DNA of 64,000 nucleotides from an uncultured delta proteobacterium (GCA_963737265.1 CAVTRY010000023.1:192001-256000), one strand, 5' to 3'; shown: positions 29,528-40,884, counted from the stretch's first letter. The notes: a model not told the origin generated them from the letters alone. Translations and numbers: made by a program.

Positions 29528-31383
29528 GTTCGGTTCTCCATCTGGTCGAGCCTACGCTCGATGGTTTCTTGAAGCGTGGCCAACGACGACGGATCCTCGG
29601 CCACGCCGCCGTAGCGAAGACGCTCTGCCGACCTCAGCGCAGCGACAATGGGCTCGTCGTCCTGGCCCAGCCTGGCCGCGGCCTCGGCAGAGGTAATCTC
29701 GTCGGGGGCGACCTTCCACATCTCGCCGAGGCGCTGGCGCAAGGCTGCCCCGGCTGCTTCATGGAAGCGGATCGTATCTCCGGCGGCAGCGGCGCTCTTC
29801 ATCGCCGCGCGATGCTGCGCAACGGTTTCGCGAAGAGCTCGTCGACGCGTGCGCTCGGAGATCCCCCGCGCACGCGGCCGAGCAAACACGATCCCCAGCC
29901 CAAGCCAAGGAACGGCCACGGTCGGCCAAAACCACGAACGCCGATACGGTGGCAACAGCGTTGCCACGAATCGCCCTTCGTCAACCTGGTTGGGCCGCAA
30001 CCCCACTGTTGGCTCTTCAGCAGTTGAGGGGGAAAGCTTTGGCAGATTCGCGGTGGGCGCAGGGGTTCCGGCCTGGATGATCGCGATGTCCGCCAAGATC
30101 GGCGTGGTCGACCGAGTCACGTACTGGTTTCGCTCGGGATCGAAGAAGCTGAACGACAGGGAGGGAAGCTCGATTCGGCCACTCGCCTGCGGCACCACCG
30201 CCTGTTCGAAGATCTTGGTACCCTCCGGCGTGAGCTTTGCGCTTGGTGGATAGGTCTTCCAATTCGCCGAAGAGGACAGACCTGGAATCGATACTCGGTC
30301 CAGGTTGCCCTGCCCCGTGACCTCGATCTTCAAGGTCATGGGCGCAAACATCGCACCTGAGCTCGGCGCAAGGCTTGCGCGCACGTCGAAACGCCCGACC
30401 GCGCCGTTGTAGTCGGCCGGCTGGCCCTTGCTGGGCGGGGCCAACACCTCGACCGCCTGCACCGGCGCGCGCAGGGTCATCTCGCGCTCCCGCACCTGGC
30501 CGAACACGTCGCCGAGACCGCCGCCGAAAACGGATTGCTTCATAAAGGAACGCATCATCGCCGAAGGCGAGGCCGAAAACGCGTCGTCATCGTCGAGCAT
30601 GCCGGCAAAGGGATCTGTGGCAGGCCGTTGCGAAGCCTCGCGATAGCGTGCCACGATGGGAAGCGATGCCTGGGTTGCGAAGTGCCCAGGCATGGCGGCC
30701 GAAGCTTGCCCCGTCCAGGTGGCGACGCGGTATGGGACGCCGCCGATCGATTCAACGCTCTGCCGGGGCTTGTCCTCCATATGGTTGATGGTGAAGGCAG
30801 CAATCCCCAAGCTCGGCACACCCGAGAGCGTGACCTCGGTGCCGGCGCGGAAATACGCCTTGAACGTCACGGGCACGGATTGCCCGATGAATAGCTTCTT
30901 GCTCGGCAGCACGACGCGAAGAAAGGCCAGTGAACTCTGCTCGGCTCCCTGGTGAGCTGAGCCACCGGGCGCCGAAGGCAGAGTCGCCGTGGGACCGAAG
31001 GTCGCAGGCCCGCTTCCACTGCCAGCGGGACCGACTTTGAGGGTGAGCGTGTGTCCTCCGACCGGGATGTTGTACGTACCCGGCCGATCCGCGACAACCT
31101 GATAGAGAAACCAGGTGTGCTGCGACATCACGCCATTGATGTCGGTCATCTCGGTGCTTTGGCCAGTGCGCTGAAAATGCAGACCTTCTACGTGCGGAAG
31201 TGCCGGTTGGCTGCCATCGGCCGCAGCCACGCGAAGCTCGGCGGCCTCGTCGAGCGCGATCTGCGACGGACTGATCTCCGCCGTCGCTTCGGCGCCCGCG
31301 GCGGCGGCGTTTCTTCCCAGTGCCAGGAGCGTACCCAGACCGATAGCGGCTAGTTTGAGGTGGGCATGCTTGTTCGATTGCAT
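29524..31383 (-). CDS. batD: BatD family protein
   Basis: Signal peptide, GAVGRF, G.GNL and FSFFDP motifs; operon position. Confidence 0.85.
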   Translation of the reverse strand: MQSNKHAHLKLAAIGLGTLLALGRNAAAAGAEATAEISPSQIALDEAAELRVAAADGSQPALPHVEGLHFQRTGQSTEMTDINGVMSQHTWFLYQVVADRPGTYNIPVGGHTLTLKVGPAGSGSGPATFGPTATLPSAPGGSAHQGAEQSSLAFLRVVLPSKKLFIGQSVPVTFKAYFRAGTEVTLSGVPSLGIAAFTINHMEDKPRQSVESIGGVPYRVATWTGQASAAMPGHFATQASLPIVARYREASQRPATDPFAGMLDDDDAFSASPSAMMRSFMKQSVFGGGLGDVFGQVREREMTLRAPVQAVEVLAPPSKGQPADYNGAVGRFDVRASLAPSSGAMFAPMTLKIEVTGQGNLDRVSIPGLSSSANWKTYPPSAKLTPEGTKIFEQAVVPQASGRIELPSLSFSFFDPERNQYVTRSTTPILADIAIIQAGTPAPTANLPKLSPSTAEEPTVGLRPNQVDEGRFVATLLPPYRRSWFWPTVAVPWLGLGIVFARPRARGISERTRRRALRETVAQHRAAMKSAAAAGDTIRFHEAAGAALRQRLGEMWKVAPDEITSAEAAARLGQDDEPIVAALRSAERLRYGGVAEDPSSLATLQETIERRLDQMENRT

Positions 31384-31388
31384 GGTCT

Positions 31389-33399
31389 TCACCAATCCTT
31401 TCGGACCGTATCTTCAGCACTCGGGCGGTTCGGCCCCGTGGGCGCCATGGGCATCAGCTTCTCGTCTCCACGAACGGCATCGAGAAGTTGTTTGGCATCG
31501 TTCTTGGAGAGCTTTCCGGGAACCTCGGGCTCCTTTGGCTCCTTGCTTGCTTCATCGCCCGCGTTCGCCGTGCCGGCCGGAGGCTGTCCGGGCGAAGCCG
31601 CCGCCGGCTTCGGCTGGGCTATCCCCTGCTGCGGCTGTCCGGAGTTCTGCGCATTCTGCTGGTCCTGTGGACCCTTCTGGTTCTTCTTGATCCTGCTGGT
31701 CTTTCTGATTCTTCTGTTCCTCGCCCTGTTGGCCGTTCTGGGCCTGCTTGTCTTGCTTGTTCTGTCGGCCCTGCTGGTCCTGCTTGCCCTGTTGGCCAGA
31801 CTTGCCCGACTTGTCGTCCTTCTTCTTGTCGTTCTTCTTCTCGTCCTGCTGCTTCTTCTTTTCGTCTTGCTGTTTCTGCTGCTCTTCGAGCGCGGCCAGC
31901 CTTCGCTTGACTAGATCCCGGTTGAAAACAGCGTCTTGGTCCTTCGGATTCAGCTTCAAGGCCGATTCGTAGGATGCGATGGACTTCTTCCACTTCTCCG
32001 TGGTCATCTCGGGTTGCTTGGCTACTGTCTCTTGCCCGACCCGGTAAAGAACATTGCCGAGGTCGTAGTAGGCGTTCTCCTGCAAGTCGAGACGATCCGA
32101 GTGCAGGGATCGATCGAGCGCGGCCCCGGCTTTCGCGAAGTCGCCGCTTTTGTAGGCGGCGACGCCGAGGTTGTATTGCAGCTTCACGTCCTCGGGCGAA
32201 CGAGCCAGCGCGCGGCCATATTCTTCCGCCGATTGCTTGAACTTGCCTTCGTGATACGCCCGCTCGGCATCGCGAGTAGACGCCTGCGCCGCGTGCGCCG
32301 CCGTCAATGACAATCCCACCACCAGCGGGACAACCACTCTGCGCCGCAGCGACGCGAACTTCGGCCAGCGCTTCTCCGGCTCCGCCTCGACCCGCCTGCG
32401 CTGGCGCCGCTCGCCCAAAAGTGGTTCAAGCGCCAAGCAGAGAATCGAGAATCCGAGCGGCCACTGAAAGCGTTCGATGGGGATCTGGTGCATGCGCGAC
32501 TTGAGATCTCCGCGCGGCAGCTTCGCCAGTACATCCTGGTACAGGGCCTCGAGTCCCCGTCCGTCCGCGCCCAGCCTCCGGTAGTCGCCACCGGTCACGC
32601 GCGCGATGGCTTGCAAGGTGTTCTCGTCAAGCTCGGAGCGCACGAAGGCGCCCTTCTCGTCGCGAACGAACTGGCCGGGCTCACCCAGGGGAATCAGCTC
32701 GCCACTTTGTGTTCCGACCCCAACGGTGTAGATGTGAATTCCATCGCCCGAGGCCGCGCGCGCCGCATCGACAGCGTGGCTTTCCAGGTCCTCGCCATCG
32801 GTGAGAAAGACCAGGAGCTTGTGGTTCGCGGGCTGATTGTGTAACGCCGTACGTGCCACCTCGATGGCCCGGCCCACGTCGGTACCGCCTCGTGGAATGG
32901 TCGACGTATCGATGGCATCAAGGGTCTGCTCGAATACGCCCCGGTCAAGGGTGAGCGGGCACTGCAAGAACGCATCCCCAGCGAAGGCCACCAAGCCCAC
33001 GCGGTCGCCCTCGAACTTCGACAGCAGATCGCGAATGGCCAGCTTGGCCCGGGTCAGCCGATCCGGCTTGAGATCTGGCGCCAGCATGCTCTTCGAGGTA
33101 TCGAGCGCAAAGAGCAAATCGAGCCCACGCCGGTGGGCCTCTTCCCAGCGCACGCCCCATTGCGGTCGCGCCAGGGCCATGCAGCCGAACAAGGCACCGG
33201 TGACCAGGAGGGCTCTCTTGAATCCTCGCCGTATGCGCGACAGGGTCGAGGTCGGCCCTTTGCGGCGCGAGCTGAACGCGGCAAGCGCGAGCTTGCGCTT
33301 GCGGTCGAGCCGCGCGCCGAGAACGAGGACGACCGTGGCGAGAACAAGTCCGCCAAGCAGCCAGATGGGATGGACCAAGGTGATGGAGTGGATGGTCAT
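31389..33399 (-). CDS. VWA + TPR protein (BatB/BatC fusion), apparent frameshift ~31688
   Basis: ARPQWG, DTSKSM, DRVGLVAFAG, TDGED, TPRs and a Q/K-rich linker. Removing one A restores a tail ending LSKNDAKQLLDAV...RKDW*. Confidence 0.85.
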
Positions 33400-34394
33400 G
33401 GGATCCTCTTGAAACGCGTGAGTCCGAGACCTATTTCGCCCGCCAAGAGCAGCATTCCGGGGAACACCATCCAGGCGAACCGCTCGTCGTGATGCTCGTA
33501 CTTCTTCAAGGTTCTGGTGGTCTTTTCCAGGCCGTCGATGGCGCCATAGACACGTTCGAGCGAACCAGCGTCGGTGGCGCGATAGAAGCGTCCGCCCGTG
33601 GTGTCGGCGATGTTCTTGAGTAAGCCTTCATCCACGTCGACTTTGGTCATGACGATATGCGTATTGCCGTGACTATCGGTGATGGGCATGGGCGCCTCGC
33701 CCTTGGAGCCGACCCCGATGGTGTAGACCTTGACACCGAGGGCCTGCGCCGCCTGCGCGGCCAGAGCCGGGTCGATCTTGCCGGCGTTGTTCTGCCCGTC
33801 GGTGAGCAGAACCACCAGCTTGGATTTCGACTTCTGGTCGCGCAGGCGATTGACGCTCGCGGAAAGCGCCGAGCCGATCGCGGTGCCGTCCTTGATCATG
33901 CCCGGTTGCAGGCGGTCGAGATTCTGCAGCAGCCAATCGTGGTCGAGCGTCAGCGGACTCATGAGATAGGGCTCGGCCGAGAACGCCACCAGGCCAATGC
34001 GATCGTTGGGGCGATTCTTGATGAACTCTCCGACCACGGACTTCACCACATCAAGCCGACTGCGCGGCTGCCCCCCCTCGGTCAAATCAAGGGCTTGCAT
34101 CGAACCGGATATATCGACCGCGAGCACCAGATCCACGCCGCTGGCTTGCACCTCGGTCGAGGCGTGCCCGAGCTGGGGACGGGCGAGACCCACGATAAGA
34201 AGTGCCAATCCCACCCAGCGTGCGATCTTCAGAAAGCGGCCCCAGCGGCTGCGCGGGGCGCGTGCAACCTCGCGCGCGGTCTCGATGCTCGAATAGGTGA
34301 CGGCTGGCCTGGCCCCTTTTCGCCCCAGCCACAGCGCGAGCAACGGCAAGAGCGCAAGCGCCCATAGGATCTGTGGATTCAAGAAAAGGTTCAT
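33396..34394 (-). CDS. batA: BatA-like VWA domain protein
   Basis: LARPQ, DISGSM, DRIGLVAF, GTAIG, LLTDGQNNAG and TGGRFYRA motifs. Confidence 0.9.
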   Translation of the reverse strand: MNLFLNPQILWALALLPLLALWLGRKGARPAVTYSSIETAREVARAPRSRWGRFLKIARWVGLALLIVGLARPQLGHASTEVQASGVDLVLAVDISGSMQALDLTEGGQPRSRLDVVKSVVGEFIKNRPNDRIGLVAFSAEPYLMSPLTLDHDWLLQNLDRLQPGMIKDGTAIGSALSASVNRLRDQKSKSKLVVLLTDGQNNAGKIDPALAAQAAQALGVKVYTIGVGSKGEAPMPITDSHGNTHIVMTKVDVDEGLLKNIADTTGGRFYRATDAGSLERVYGAIDGLEKTTRTLKKYEHHDERFAWMVFPGMLLLAGEIGLGLTRFKRIP

Positions 34395-35041
34395 GACGCC
34401 CTCACGGGTTCGGGTTTGCTTTCGGGTGCGCTCTGCGCGGTATCGAGCACGAATCGGCGGGCCAGATCGTTGAGCGACACCATTTGCTCCCGGGGCAACG
34501 GCATTCGGGCGAACTTCGCCAGGTCGCAGGCCCCGAGGAATTTTTGCAAGGAATCTCGGTGATCGCCGAGTCGTGCGTTCGCCTGGGCTAGGATGCCCTC
34601 AAAGAATTCCTCGGTCGTCGAATGGGCGGCCCGCAGCAGGAAGCGCTCTTCGATGTACTCGCGGACGGCGTCGGAGGCTGCCCCGGCGTACTCGCGCACT
34701 TGCCCGGCCACCGCCAGCGGCTGCGCCTGCTCAAGACGCAACAGCGCTCGCTCGTGCGGCTTGAGCGGTTTCGCTCGTCGTCGCCGTATCACCACGGCGG
34801 CCACTCCACCCAAACCAGCCAGCACTACCGCGCCTCCCCCGAACGCCAACCAGCGCCACCACGGAGGGATCGGCACCGGCCCGCGAACGTCCCGAATGTC
34901 TTCCGTGGCGGGCGAAGGTGCTGGCCCTGCCGCCGACATCGTTGCAGGCACCGGCGGCACCAGCGCGGTCGACGCCCACAGCGGCGTGGACGACAGAAGA
35001 CCACCAAGGAGCAAGGTCAACAGTGAACCGCGAGATTTCAT
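34391..35041 (-). CDS. Hypothetical membrane protein (DUF4381-like) of the bat operon
   Basis: DIRDVRGP, TM, TTEEF and CDLAKFA motifs; ATGA coupling. Confidence 0.75.
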   Translation of the reverse strand: MKSRGSLLTLLLGGLLSSTPLWASTALVPPVPATMSAAGPAPSPATEDIRDVRGPVPIPPWWRWLAFGGGAVVLAGLGGVAAVVIRRRRAKPLKPHERALLRLEQAQPLAVAGQVREYAGAASDAVREYIEERFLLRAAHSTTEEFFEGILAQANARLGDHRDSLQKFLGACDLAKFARMPLPREQMVSLNDLARRFVLDTAQSAPESKPEPVRAS

Positions 35042-35946
35042 CGCCGCCTCCCTCGTCGCGAGCGGAAAAGTGCGATCAACACGGGAAGAAAGGGCAGCGA
35101 GGTGTCGACTTCGACGCTGTCGACGGATTCGACGCGCAGCGCTCGTTCGAGCCGTTGATCTCTTTCCCGGGCACGCTCGGCAAAGCGCTCGCGCACGTCC
35201 TTCGATCCAGTATCTATCTCGATCATTTCGCCGGTCTCGGCGTCCTCCACTGTGAGTAGACCGACCTCGAGAAGATTGCGTTCGCGTGGATCGTTCACGT
35301 GCAAGGCCACGAGGTCGTGTCGGCGCCTGACCATGCGCAACGAACGCCGCAGCGCCGACAGTGCCTTGCTTGGATCGCCACCACTTTGGAGATCCGAGAG
35401 AATGCACACCATGGCGCGCCTTCGGGTCACGGCATTGATGAAATCGAGGGCGTGGGCCACGTCCGTGCCTCGCCGTTTGGGCTGGCAGCTCAGGACTTCA
35501 CGTACGATGCGCAGAACGTGCTGACGGCCTTTGCGCGGCGGAACGAAGGTTTCGATCTGATCGGAGAACAAAACCAGCCCCACCTTGTCGTTATTGCGAA
35601 CCGCTGACAGCGCCAGCACGCACGCGATCTCCGCTTCGATCTCGCGCTTGGTGTGCTGGGACGAACCGAAGTCCCCCGAGGCGCTCACGTCGACCGCGAG
35701 CAGAATGGTCAGCTCGCGCTCTTCGCGGTACTTCTTGACGAACGGGCGACCGGCTCGCGCGGTGACGTTCCAGTCGATGGTGCGCACCTCGTCGCCGGGC
35801 ACGTATTCGCGGACTTCCTCGAAGTCCATGCCACGGCCGCGAAACATCGAGTGGAATTGTCCGGCAAGGGCGTCGGTGGCGAGCCGACGCGTGCGAATAT
35901 CGATGAGCCGGACTTGTTTCAGAAGATCTTTGATATTCGTATCCAT
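35038..35946 (-). CDS. DUF58 protein
   Basis: GMDFEEVREYVPGDEVRTIDWNVTAR, EERE and DVSAS motifs. Confidence 0.93.
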   Translation of the reverse strand: MDTNIKDLLKQVRLIDIRTRRLATDALAGQFHSMFRGRGMDFEEVREYVPGDEVRTIDWNVTARAGRPFVKKYREERELTILLAVDVSASGDFGSSQHTKREIEAEIACVLALSAVRNNDKVGLVLFSDQIETFVPPRKGRQHVLRIVREVLSCQPKRRGTDVAHALDFINAVTRRRAMVCILSDLQSGGDPSKALSALRRSLRMVRRRHDLVALHVNDPRERNLLEVGLLTVEDAETGEMIEIDTGSKDVRERFAERARERDQRLERALRVESVDSVEVDTSLPFLPVLIALFRSRRGRRR

Positions 35947-35956
35947 GGTCGTCCCT

Positions 35957-37033
35957 TTACGGGTTCGGTAACGCGGCGAGAATCTTGGCCACTAGATCGT
36001 CGGCTTGGATGTTCTCTGCTTCTGCTTCGTAGGTCAGACCGAGCCGGTGTCGCAATACATCCGGGGCTAGGGTTTTGACGTCGGATGGAATGACGTAGCC
36101 ACGGCCATGCATAAAGGCCCAGGCACGCGAAGCCAGGGTCAGGGCGATGGTGGCGCGCGGGGATGCGCCGAACAGGAAGTAATCGGCGAGCGGCAAATTG
36201 TAACTGGCCGGAGCCCGCGTCGCGGTGACGATGTCCACGATGTAGTCGCGAATCTTGTCGTCGACGTAGATATGGTTGACCACGCCGCGCGCATGCGCGA
36301 GCTGGGGCAGCGAGACGATCGGATCGACATCCAGCTTGGGCTCGCTGGTCGCCATGGCATCCAGGATCGCGCGCTCTTCCGACTTGGAGGGATAGTTGAT
36401 GACGAGCTTGAGCAGAAAGCGGTCGACCTGCGCCTCGGGCAAGGGATAGGTGCCTTCCTGCTCGATAGGGTTTTGCGTCGCCATCACCAGGAACGGATCG
36501 GGCAGGCGATAGGTCTCCTCGCCTAGCGTAACTTGGTGCTCTTGCATGGCCTCGAGCAGGGCCGATTGCACCTTGGCCGGCGCGCGGTTGATCTCGTCTG
36601 CCAGCACTAAGTTGGAAAAGATCGGACCGTGCTTGGCTTGGAAGCTGCCTTGAGTCGGGTTGTAGATCATGGTGCCGACCACGTCGGCGGGCAGCATGTC
36701 GGGCGTGAATTGCAGCCGGCGAAACTTCGCGCCCTTGAGCGTCTGGGCCAAGGTCTTCAGCGCCAGGGTTTTGGCTAACCCCGGCACGCCTTCCAGCAAT
36801 AGATGACCGCTGGTCAAAAGGCCAACGATCAGGCGGTCAACCAAGTAGCGTTGCCCGACGATGACACGGGCCATTTCCGTTTGCAGGGGGGAAACCCACC
36901 CCGCCGAGTCCAGCACTTCCTTCTGGATTTGTTGCACGTCACCGTGCCATCCACTTCGGCCGTGGTTGGCATCGAACGCATTGGTGTTGACCGGGCTGGC
37001 GCTGATCGGGGCGGCATTGACTGAAGCTTCCAT
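35957..37033 (-). CDS. moxR: MoxR-family AAA+ ATPase
   Basis: EGVPGLAKT, QFTPDMLPAD, DEINRAPAKVQSALLEAM, ATQNP and GASPRA motifs; RBS before ATG 37033. Confidence 0.95.
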   Translation of the reverse strand: MEASVNAAPISASPVNTNAFDANHGRSGWHGDVQQIQKEVLDSAGWVSPLQTEMARVIVGQRYLVDRLIVGLLTSGHLLLEGVPGLAKTLALKTLAQTLKGAKFRRLQFTPDMLPADVVGTMIYNPTQGSFQAKHGPIFSNLVLADEINRAPAKVQSALLEAMQEHQVTLGEETYRLPDPFLVMATQNPIEQEGTYPLPEAQVDRFLLKLVINYPSKSEERAILDAMATSEPKLDVDPIVSLPQLAHARGVVNHIYVDDKIRDYIVDIVTATRAPASYNLPLADYFLFGASPRATIALTLASRAWAFMHGRGYVIPSDVKTLAPDVLRHRLGLTYEAEAENIQADDLVAKILAALPNP

Positions 37034-37199
37034 GTCTTCTTCTCCTTGTTGGTCTGACTGTCGAAAAGAAGTATGGGGTTTCAACCCATGCCGAAATCTT
37101 GCAGGACCATTACAGCGGTGAAGGGTTCGCGGGCGATCGGTTGGTCTCAGATCGCGCGTCAGGCGCGGCTCAGGCGGGTCGGAAGCGCCTTGCAGTCGC

Positions 37200-37660
37200 C
37201 CCACCCCTTCTACGGTTGCTTTTCGATCGCGTTCTTCACGCCAGCAGCCGTCGTGCTGACTGGGGCTCCTCTCGACATCGCGCCGCTGTCGCGTCCGGCG
37301 AAGGAGTAGACTAATCGCGCGCACCATCAAGGTTACCCCCGACCAGGCCATCACAATCGCTAGCGGTACAGCGACTACCCTCGGCCAAAGAACCGCGATG
37401 GTAGCTCCCGCAAGGAGGATGCCGGCGAAGATTGCCATCAGACTGCTTTGAACAAATCCGACTGACCGCTGCCGACTGACCACGCTCCCCACGGCGTGGG
37501 CAAACCGGACGGCGCCGATGGCTCGCCCCGATGCTCCACGGGACGCAGCCTTGGCCCGCTCTCCACGAAGAGGTGCGCTGGCTTCAGGAACCACGCGACG
37601 ATTGAGACCGATCACGCTCTCGGTGGCGTTCTCCAGGTCCGCGAGAAACATCTCCTCCAT
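37200..37660 (-). pseudogene. C-terminal fragment resembling a cardiolipin synthase/PLD family protein
   Basis: MEEMFLADLENATE...AVLWPRVVAVPL tail; no HKD motifs present; cut by an IS remnant. Confidence 0.55.
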
Positions 37661-37777
37661 TTCACGAGCCAGGCCAATGGCTCCATTGTTCGCCGCTCAC
37701 GGCTCGGTGGCCTCCTGAATTACTACCACCGTGAAGCCGCCTGAGCCTCGGCGATGACTTTCCGGACACCAAGGGGT
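37661..37777 (+). mobile_element. 3' remnant of an integrase-core (DDE) transposase and element end
   Basis: GSIVRRSRLGGLLNYYHREAA* is a typical transposase C-terminus; followed by TTTCCGGACACCAAGGG. Confidence 0.65.
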
Positions 37778-37836
37778 CTGCCTCGCGAAATGCATCACGA
37801 CGGCGGATTGCCCAGGCTGGCTCGATAGCTGAGCAG

Positions 37837-39858
37837 TTACAGTACCGAAATACTGATTGTACCGGTGTGGGTACCGGCTTTGATGTCTGTCTTTGTCCCG
37901 TTGACGGTCATGACCAGCGTCTTGCCGGTGGGAGCCGCAAGCGTCGCGCCGTCTTCAATCGTCAGGCTCGACAGAGACGACGTGGCGGCAACGGTCCAAG
38001 CGGAGCCGCTCTTAAGCGAAACGGAGAGGTTGTTCGTACCGCTCCAGCTTGAATTCGGGAGCCAGTTTGCCTTGGTGACGCCCTTTGAAGCCCACAGCGC
38101 CATCCAGCTGTCGTACGTCCCCTGAACGACGGCGCCCGTCAGCGTTGTCTTGTCCAGCGTGATCGCCATGTCGCGCTGATAGTCATCGTGCAGGATGTTG
38201 CCCGTAACATTCATGTCTGCCATGATAACAGTAATAGGTTTGACGCTGGCATTGTCCCCAGCCTTGAGGTAGTTGCCCATGCTGTCGCTGTTGAGAGCGG
38301 AGTGGACCAAAACGCCATTATAGGCGTCCATCTTCGTGTTCGTCAGGGTGATATTCGAGCTGGTGCTCTTGGTCAAGACAACGTCGCCGCTGACAAGATC
38401 GACATACGCCTGAGTGGCGGTGCTGTATGTTGAGTAATCAAAAGTGCTCCTATAGGCCGCCGAGGTGGAAAGCGTGCTGTTCGTGACAGTGATCGTACTG
38501 CACTGCGCCGCACTCTTCCCGCTGCCCATCATATCGGGAGCGTGGGTCATAATGGCGTTGCGCCCACCGGTGATCACAGAGCCTGCAGTTGTTGTCCCGC
38601 CGATGTTGTATTTTGTGACGTCGGCCGGGGCAGACGCGCCATCAGCTATTGTGATTTGGCCATTTGTAGAAATAATTGCGCCGATTTCGGCGGAAAGTAG
38701 GATGCTGCCGTAGAACCAGTCGCGGCAGCTGGTGTCTGCATACGTGCCGTAGCCGCCGTTGAGGGCCTTGTCCGTAGTGTTGTACGCATACAGATCAAGC
38801 CCGTCGCCGGAAGCCGAGTCGGTCGACAGACCTGCCCAGCCTTCGTTGATAACAGTGGAGTTGAAGTAATATGTCTTCGACGCTCCGATGGAGAAATTCG
38901 TCCGTGCCGAGCCGGAAATCAGAAGCGGCTCGTTGGAGAACGGGAGCGAAATGGCGCTCGTGTGGCCGTCCGCGGCGCCGGTCGTCACAAAGTAGGAATC
39001 ATTGACGATCAGCGTGCCGCCGAGGTTGCTGACGGCATAGCGCTGTGAGCCGTCGACCTGAATGTACGCGTTTTTGACATTGAGCGTGGAACCGGAGTCA
39101 ACACTGGCGCCGGTTGAGCCCGTCGATGCCGAGGAATCCACGTCGCTGTCGAGAGAAAAGAGGATAACGCTGTCGAAGGTGCCGACGAGGCTGCTGCCGG
39201 CAATTTGCGTGATGCTTGTGCCGACGTAGCTTTTGGAGGGGTCAGCGTATGTGCTGTATGTCTTAGAGTCGCCGCCGAGGGTATACGTGCTGTCTCCTGT
39301 GACGACGAGACCGCTCGCATTGTAGAAGTTAGAGGTCATCAGAAGGCCGGAGGTGGAAGTGCCGGTGATCTTGGCGCGGCTGGCAATGGCGACGGTGCCG
39401 TCCGCGTATGATTTGGAGGAATCCTCCGCGCCGCCTTTGATATAGATGGCCGACTGTGCAGTTGTTGTGCCTGCGCCGCCGCCGCCTGTGTCGCTCATGT
39501 TGGGAGGCATGCCACCGCCGTCGCCCATGTTGGGAGGCGTGCCACCACCATCGAGTCCGATAGGCAGGGATCCACCGTCGGCCGGCGTCGGAGGCAGCGC
39601 GGCGTCGGAGTTGCCTGCGTCTAAACCGGCGGCTCCGCCAGCCGTAGTCGCTCCGCCGGTGCCCAGGCTGCCGCCGCTACCTTTCGGGCCGTCGGCGCCC
39701 TGCGACGACCCCGCGGCGCCGCCTGAGCTCTGGCTGCCGCCAGTCCCGTCACTGCCGCCCGGTCCCTTCACACCGGTGGCATCCGACGAGCAAGCGCCGA
39801 GTGCCATCGCCACGAGTAGTAGAGCAGTGGTCGTGGCCGGTCGTAAGTTTCTCTTCAT
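37837..39858 (-). CDS. Large Ser/Thr/Gly-rich lipoprotein, probable beta-helix/adhesin-like
   Basis: GGAGGAG RBS, lipobox LGAC, Gly-rich linker, beta-helix-like tail; visibly lower GC than the flanks. Confidence 0.75.
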   Translation of the reverse strand: MKRNLRPATTTALLLVAMALGACSSDATGVKGPGGSDGTGGSQSSGGAAGSSQGADGPKGSGGSLGTGGATTAGGAAGLDAGNSDAALPPTPADGGSLPIGLDGGGTPPNMGDGGGMPPNMSDTGGGGAGTTTAQSAIYIKGGAEDSSKSYADGTVAIASRAKITGTSTSGLLMTSNFYNASGLVVTGDSTYTLGGDSKTYSTYADPSKSYVGTSITQIAGSSLVGTFDSVILFSLDSDVDSSASTGSTGASVDSGSTLNVKNAYIQVDGSQRYAVSNLGGTLIVNDSYFVTTGAADGHTSAISLPFSNEPLLISGSARTNFSIGASKTYYFNSTVINEGWAGLSTDSASGDGLDLYAYNTTDKALNGGYGTYADTSCRDWFYGSILLSAEIGAIISTNGQITIADGASAPADVTKYNIGGTTTAGSVITGGRNAIMTHAPDMMGSGKSAAQCSTITVTNSTLSTSAAYRSTFDYSTYSTATQAYVDLVSGDVVLTKSTSSNITLTNTKMDAYNGVLVHSALNSDSMGNYLKAGDNASVKPITVIMADMNVTGNILHDDYQRDMAITLDKTTLTGAVVQGTYDSWMALWASKGVTKANWLPNSSWSGTNNLSVSLKSGSAWTVAATSSLSSLTIEDGATLAAPTGKTLVMTVNGTKTDIKAGTHTGTISISVL

Positions 39859-40224
39859 TCGTCTCCTCCGAAGTGTTTTGTCAGCCGGGCGCAGACTGGA
39901 ATGCGCGAGTCTTCCCTTAGCGACACCAGCGAGACGCAACCGATTGCAGGTCCTCCGTGAGAAGAGCCTGCACCGACACATCGTCCGCGATCTTAGTACA
40001 GCGCCCCGCAAGTTCGCGCCCCGCTAGGCGCGGGGGCGCCCGCCGGGCAAGGCGCGACGAGGGCGCATGGTGAACCATGTAACCGAGGAGCAACGCAGCC
40101 CGGCGGGATGGATCCGCGACGAGATGGGCACGAAATTGTGGGAACCTGTACTTAGCGACACAGATGGGCCGAAGACCGAGACTTGGTCAGCACCGCCGCC
40201 TACGCGCAACTGTTCACGTGTTGG

Positions 40225-40600
40225 TCAAGAAAGGCTTTGGGAGGTCGCAGGCTGCGTCGAACCCTCGATCCGAGCCAAGAGCGCGCTGAAGTCTCCGCCG
40301 TTATCGATAGCGCGAAAGAGGCGGTCGCGCACCCCGCGATCGGACCAACCGGCGTTGAGCATTGGAACGACGGCCAGGCCATCTACTACCTGGAGAATGT
40401 CACGAGTCAAATCGGTGACAGGCAAGCCCGGGTAAATGTCGCGTAGAAAGCTGTCAGCGCGTCGATGCCCGATGAGCGCCCGATAGGTCATGAAGAGCCA
40501 GCACACCTCCGGAAGGTGGCGGTCGACCGTCTCCCACAGGGATCGAGCTCGCGACGCCAAGATCATCGTGTTCTACAGAGCACCTTGGCGAAAGAGACCC
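40225..40600 (-). pseudogene. Possible C-terminal fragment of a sugar-phosphate nucleotidyltransferase-like protein
   Basis: DLTRDILQ...LAVVPMLNAGWSDRG motif. Confidence 0.4.
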
Positions 40601-40884
40601 ATGGCAGTTTCGGCGTCTGGCTTCTCCACGAGACGCTTCACGTGTTATGCGCGATCCGATGCGGCGCCGAGCCTGTCGCGCCAGCGCCACCGCCACGCAA
40701 AGGCTTTGTAGCAGCACCAGCCCAGCCATGCCCGAGATGCGGTGGACGAGGGTCAGCACCACCTCGGCCAACCATTCGTGATTCAGCCAGGGCTGCCGCG
40801 ACGTGTACGAAAACGGTGAAGTGGACCCCAAAAATGGGACCAGGAGCTAAGGTGTAGTCCGCCTCAACAACGAGGCAGGACACG

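Noticed and set aside
35957-37660. 567-aa MoxR with an N-terminal membrane extension
   Set aside because: The upstream part is a truncated unrelated gene that happens to be in frame; moxR has its own RBS and ATG at 37033.
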